From assembly GCA_050012255.1 (NCBI GenBank), contig JBEKHN010000013.1, forward strand, positions 1-64,000: 64,000 nt of DNA. The letters are read 5' to 3'. Origin of the DNA: Candidatus Bathyarchaeia archaeon. GTDB taxonomy: Archaea > Thermoproteota > Bathyarchaeia > Bathyarchaeales > Bathycorpusculaceae. Below, piece after piece: positions 60,730 to 64,000 of the stretch (position 1 is the first letter of the stretch; every line of letters begins with the position of its first letter). A program made the translations under genes and the position numbers. A model generated the notes under the pieces. It was not told where the DNA came from. It saw nothing but the letters and a program-made list of their open reading frames with translations, and did not search any database.

Positions 60730-60803
60730 AGCCTCGGCCGGGCTTTGAACCCGGGGCCTGCGGTTTACGAGACCGCCGCTCTACCGAGCTGAGCTACCGA
60801 GGC
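60730..60803 (-). tRNA. tRNA-Thr(CGT)
   Basis: GCCTCGG/CCGAGGC acceptor, GCGGT-CTCGTAA-ACCGC, GGTTCAAAGCC. Confidence 0.94.
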
Positions 60804-60859
60804 ATGTGTCGCTTAGTAGTGAGGGGAACCCTTATTTTTAAGATGTTCGGAAATAGCCC

Positions 60860-61660
60860 TTGGACGCTGGGTCTATGGAAAATTTAAGCATGCTGGATAG
60901 AATTCTGGAAAGAACATCGATCAGGAGTTTCGAGAAAGACAAGAAAATCCCAGAGGAATGCGTGAAGAAGATACTTCTTGCTGGAATCAGAGCTCCCTCG
61001 GCCGGAAACATCCAGCCGAGAACCATAATAGTTGTGAAAGATGAAGTTGTAAGAGAGCAGTTGTATCAGCTTTGCGAAGGCCAGGCGTTCATGAAAGCCG
61101 CCCCTCTTTGGATCGTGATGTGTGTTGACCTCCACCGTCACCTAAGGGCTGCAGAGCTCACGGGTGTAAAGTATGATTACACGGGCGTTCTTCCTTACAC
61201 TTTGGGCGTTTTGGACGCCTCGTTGTCGCTTGAAAACATGGTCATAGCTGCTGAAGCCTTAGGGTTGGGAAGTGTGATGATTGGATCAGTCATTGAACAC
61301 CCAGAGGAAGCAAGAGAGATCCTGAAATTGCCCGAACATTGCCTGGCCTTCTGTATCCTGTGCGTTGGATACCCGAAGAGAAAATTCGGAACGAGAGAGA
61401 AATGGGACTACAGAGTGATAGTCTGCGAAGACCATTACAGGGATATTGACGCGACGGACGTTGCAGAGTACTGGAAGAAGTTTATGCTCAATGATTTGAA
61501 GCGTGGAGGGAAGGAAATCTCCCCCGAAATCATCGAAAGAATCTGCAACGAGAGAAATTATGGAAAGACTTACGCAAGTCACTACAAAGAAGAATTTGTC
61601 AGCGCTACGAACAGGAAGCTGACGGAGTTTCTCAAGAAGCAAGGACTACTCAAGGACTGA
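60860..61660 (+). CDS. Nitroreductase family protein
   Basis: RTSIRSF, APSAGNIQP, AEALGLGS, VGYP. Confidence 0.92.
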   Translation: MDAGSMENLSMLDRILERTSIRSFEKDKKIPEECVKKILLAGIRAPSAGNIQPRTIIVVKDEVVREQLYQLCEGQAFMKAAPLWIVMCVDLHRHLRAAELTGVKYDYTGVLPYTLGVLDASLSLENMVIAAEALGLGSVMIGSVIEHPEEAREILKLPEHCLAFCILCVGYPKRKFGTREKWDYRVIVCEDHYRDIDATDVAEYWKKFMLNDLKRGGKEISPEIIERICNERNYGKTYASHYKEEFVSATNRKLTEFLKKQGLLKD

Positions 61661-61681
61661 GTACCATTATGGTGGTTCTCA

Positions 61682-62671
61682 TTGGCAAGCGCTGAAGAGC
61701 TAGGAGAGCGGAGGATAATCGAGATCATACAAAGCCGCTTAGACCAGATGCCCAAAATGCCTGTGCCTTTCGGCGATGACGTATCCGCCTGCGAAATTGG
61801 AGGCGGCAACCTCGTCGTTTTGAAGACAGACATGCTTGTGGACAAGACCGATGTTCCTAAGGGCATGAATCTCTGGCAGGCAGCTCGAAAAGCCGTGGTT
61901 ATGAACGTCAGCGATTTCGCAGCGAAAGGTGTTAAGCCGATCGCTATGCTCGTTTCCCTTGGCATACCGAGAAGTCTGAGAGAGAGTGACGTCGAAGAAT
62001 TGGGGGCTGGTTTGAACGCTGGGGCACGTGAATACGGCGCATACGTGATCGGTGGAGACACGAGCGAGGCTTCAGACCTCGTGATCAGTCTTTCAGTTTT
62101 TGGGATGACGAGAAAGGGCAAACTAATGTTGCGGAGTGGAGCAAAACCCGGAGACCTCTTGGCCGTGACTGGTCCTTTTGGAAAGCCGCCTGCAGGCTTG
62201 AAGATCCTTGTCGACAATCTCAATGCGTCAAAAGAAATCAAGAAGACTCTTGTGGAGTCTGTTTTGATGCCGCATGCTCGGCTTGACGAGGGACTTGCCC
62301 TTAGTCAGACAGGAGCCGTCAGCGCGGCCATCGATTCAAGCGACGGCTTGGCCTGGAGTCTACATGAGATCGCGAGAGCAAGCAAAGTTGGAATATCGGT
62401 AAGCTCGTTGCCTGTAGCAAAGGAAGCGGCGAGGTTCGCAAGGATCAACAAGCTTGACCCTTCGGCGCTGGCGCTGTACGGAGGAGAAGAGTATGAGCTT
62501 ATCTTGACCGTTAAGCCCAGGCTGTGGGTTAAGGCTGAAAAGGCCGCTGAAAAAGTAGGTGGAAAACTCGTGAAAATTGGAAAAATAACGGCTGGGAAGA
62601 ATGTGCTAATGGAGACGCGTAGAAACCACGTTGTAATTCGGCCGAAAGGGTATGAACACTTCAAAACATGA
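61682..62671 (+). CDS. thiL: Thiamine-monophosphate kinase
   Basis: GDD, NVSDFAAKG, GGDT, DSSDGL, GGEEYEL. Confidence 0.95.
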   Translation: MASAEELGERRIIEIIQSRLDQMPKMPVPFGDDVSACEIGGGNLVVLKTDMLVDKTDVPKGMNLWQAARKAVVMNVSDFAAKGVKPIAMLVSLGIPRSLRESDVEELGAGLNAGAREYGAYVIGGDTSEASDLVISLSVFGMTRKGKLMLRSGAKPGDLLAVTGPFGKPPAGLKILVDNLNASKEIKKTLVESVLMPHARLDEGLALSQTGAVSAAIDSSDGLAWSLHEIARASKVGISVSSLPVAKEAARFARINKLDPSALALYGGEEYELILTVKPRLWVKAEKAAEKVGGKLVKIGKITAGKNVLMETRRNHVVIRPKGYEHFKT

Positions 62672-62908
62672 GTGCCGTTTTTTATTTTCTTAGCCTCTTA
62701 GCGCGCGGAGGTTGCTAAGAAACTCATAAGCGATATTGTTCAGCCAAAAGGTTCCGATCCCACAGTACAGATCTCTCCGTTCTTTTCTTGAAAAACCTCT
62801 GCCGCACGTTGAGTTTCCTGTGTTCTGAGAGAAAACTTATATGAGGGGGATTTTGGTTGTATTTCATTCTCGTGCCTGAGCTCAGAATTTTGGGCGATAA
62901 TTCAATCT

Positions 62909-63220
62909 TCAGCGCTTTCTGGTTTTCTTTTTCCTCTTTTTTACCTTTGCCACAGTGACTGAACGTGCTTGGTTCAGCCTTCGAATTTGAGCGTTCGGAA
63001 AGGCGCGCCCAATATCTCTTCGCAACTGCGCAATGTCCACTTGGCCATAAGTCTTAACGTCGACTATGGGCCTTTCGTCTTCGCCGTAGCTGACGGCGAC
63101 AGTGTATCCCGAACCTACTTCAACATGGTTTGGTTCCAGGATGAAGCTCACATCTTCTGAGTCTACCGTAACAGCATTCTCTGATCCGCGTTTGTTCTTT
63201 CGTTCAGCCATATTCGCCAC
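62909..63220 (-). CDS. Hypothetical protein
   Basis: 103-aa ORF with VKTYG motif and basic tail. Confidence 0.65.
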   Translation of the reverse strand: MANMAERKNKRGSENAVTVDSEDVSFILEPNHVEVGSGYTVAVSYGEDERPIVDVKTYGQVDIAQLRRDIGRAFPNAQIRRLNQARSVTVAKVKKRKKKTRKR

Positions 63221-63403
63221 AACATTCTAACACGCGAAAAGCGTAGATTAAAGCGTTATTAAGTCCAAATATGAATTACACATTTCAAGTCAGGACGTCT
63301 TGTGATTGCACGCGTCAGGACTCCATTCTCAGATTATTCTAGCGTGCATGACGTCATTTATCTGGAGAAGCTGTAAACGTTGGGCGGAGGCACTGAAGAG
63401 CGC

Positions 63404-63964
63404 TCAAGTGACTTTTCTTCTGTCCATCATGAAGTTCAGGATCGTTATGCACGAGGCTGCGAGGTAGGGTTGTTTCCCGAGGCTGATTTTTTCGCCGTAT
63501 CGCAACGCGTAGCCTTCGACTGTCTTTGGCAGACCGATGTGATCGCCTAGCACGAAGACTGGGTGTTCGCCTATCTCTACCCCTTCCGCATCCTTTCCAC
63601 TTTCCTCCAGCACGAATATTCTTGAATCATTCGCCTTTTCCTTTAACAAAGCTTCAAAGCTTACTTTTTGTGCAGTTATGCCTGGATGAGGCAAGCCTGA
63701 CAGCGTCCTTCGAAGAATGTCTACCCACGTTTCCTGATCAGTTCGCACATCATAGAGGGTTGCGCCGTCGACCTTCAAATGCAACGGCGGTTTTGGCGGC
63801 CCGCTAAGCACCGCGTTGAAGACCACATTTCTCCGCAGCCCATGTGAGAGGAACAGCGACGCAATAATACACTCGTGCACCACGTCCAATCGACCAGCAT
63901 CTCGCAGGTTTGTGAACTCAGCATCGGTCCTGCCCCTACGAGAATAGAGTATGAACTCTCGCAT
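63404..63964 (-). CDS. trmY: tRNA (pseudouridine54-N1)-methyltransferase
   Basis: AGRLD, LFLSHGLR, FVLGDHIG, ISLG SPOUT motifs. Confidence 0.9.
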   Translation of the reverse strand: MREFILYSRRGRTDAEFTNLRDAGRLDVVHECIIASLFLSHGLRRNVVFNAVLSGPPKPPLHLKVDGATLYDVRTDQETWVDILRRTLSGLPHPGITAQKVSFEALLKEKANDSRIFVLEESGKDAEGVEIGEHPVFVLGDHIGLPKTVEGYALRYGEKISLGKQPYLAASCITILNFMMDRRKVT

Positions 63965-64000
63965 TCACAGCCCTCAGAGCATGATGAGCGATTGCGAGAA

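Overview
Archaeal chromosome segment, most consistent with Bathyarchaeia (aRF1, archaeal LeuRS, Ftr, AfpA, TrmY, PEF-CTERM and dockerin-tailed surface proteins, intron-containing tRNA). Housekeeping blocks (leuS, mtnA-endA-hisS, EF-2, rtcB-archease, ftr-aRF1, thiL, trmY) alternate with accessory patches. RNA genes read by eye: RNase P RNA (~7904-8222, minus) and four tRNAs (Arg-TCT with two introns, Gly-TCC, Pro-TGG, Thr-CGT). Main unusual signals: (1) a ~7.7 kb island with a tyrosine-integrase pseudogene, apparently inserted into the 3' end of the RNase P RNA gene; (2) alternating (GC)n palindromes that repeatedly mark junctions between accessory genes and gene fragments; (3) ~185-205 bp non-coding elements that share GCGCGC-terminated inverted ends but have different interiors; (4) an AT-rich HEPN/MNT-like pair flanked by two members of an unrecognised domain family. 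All protein calls come from motif recognition; no database searches were run.
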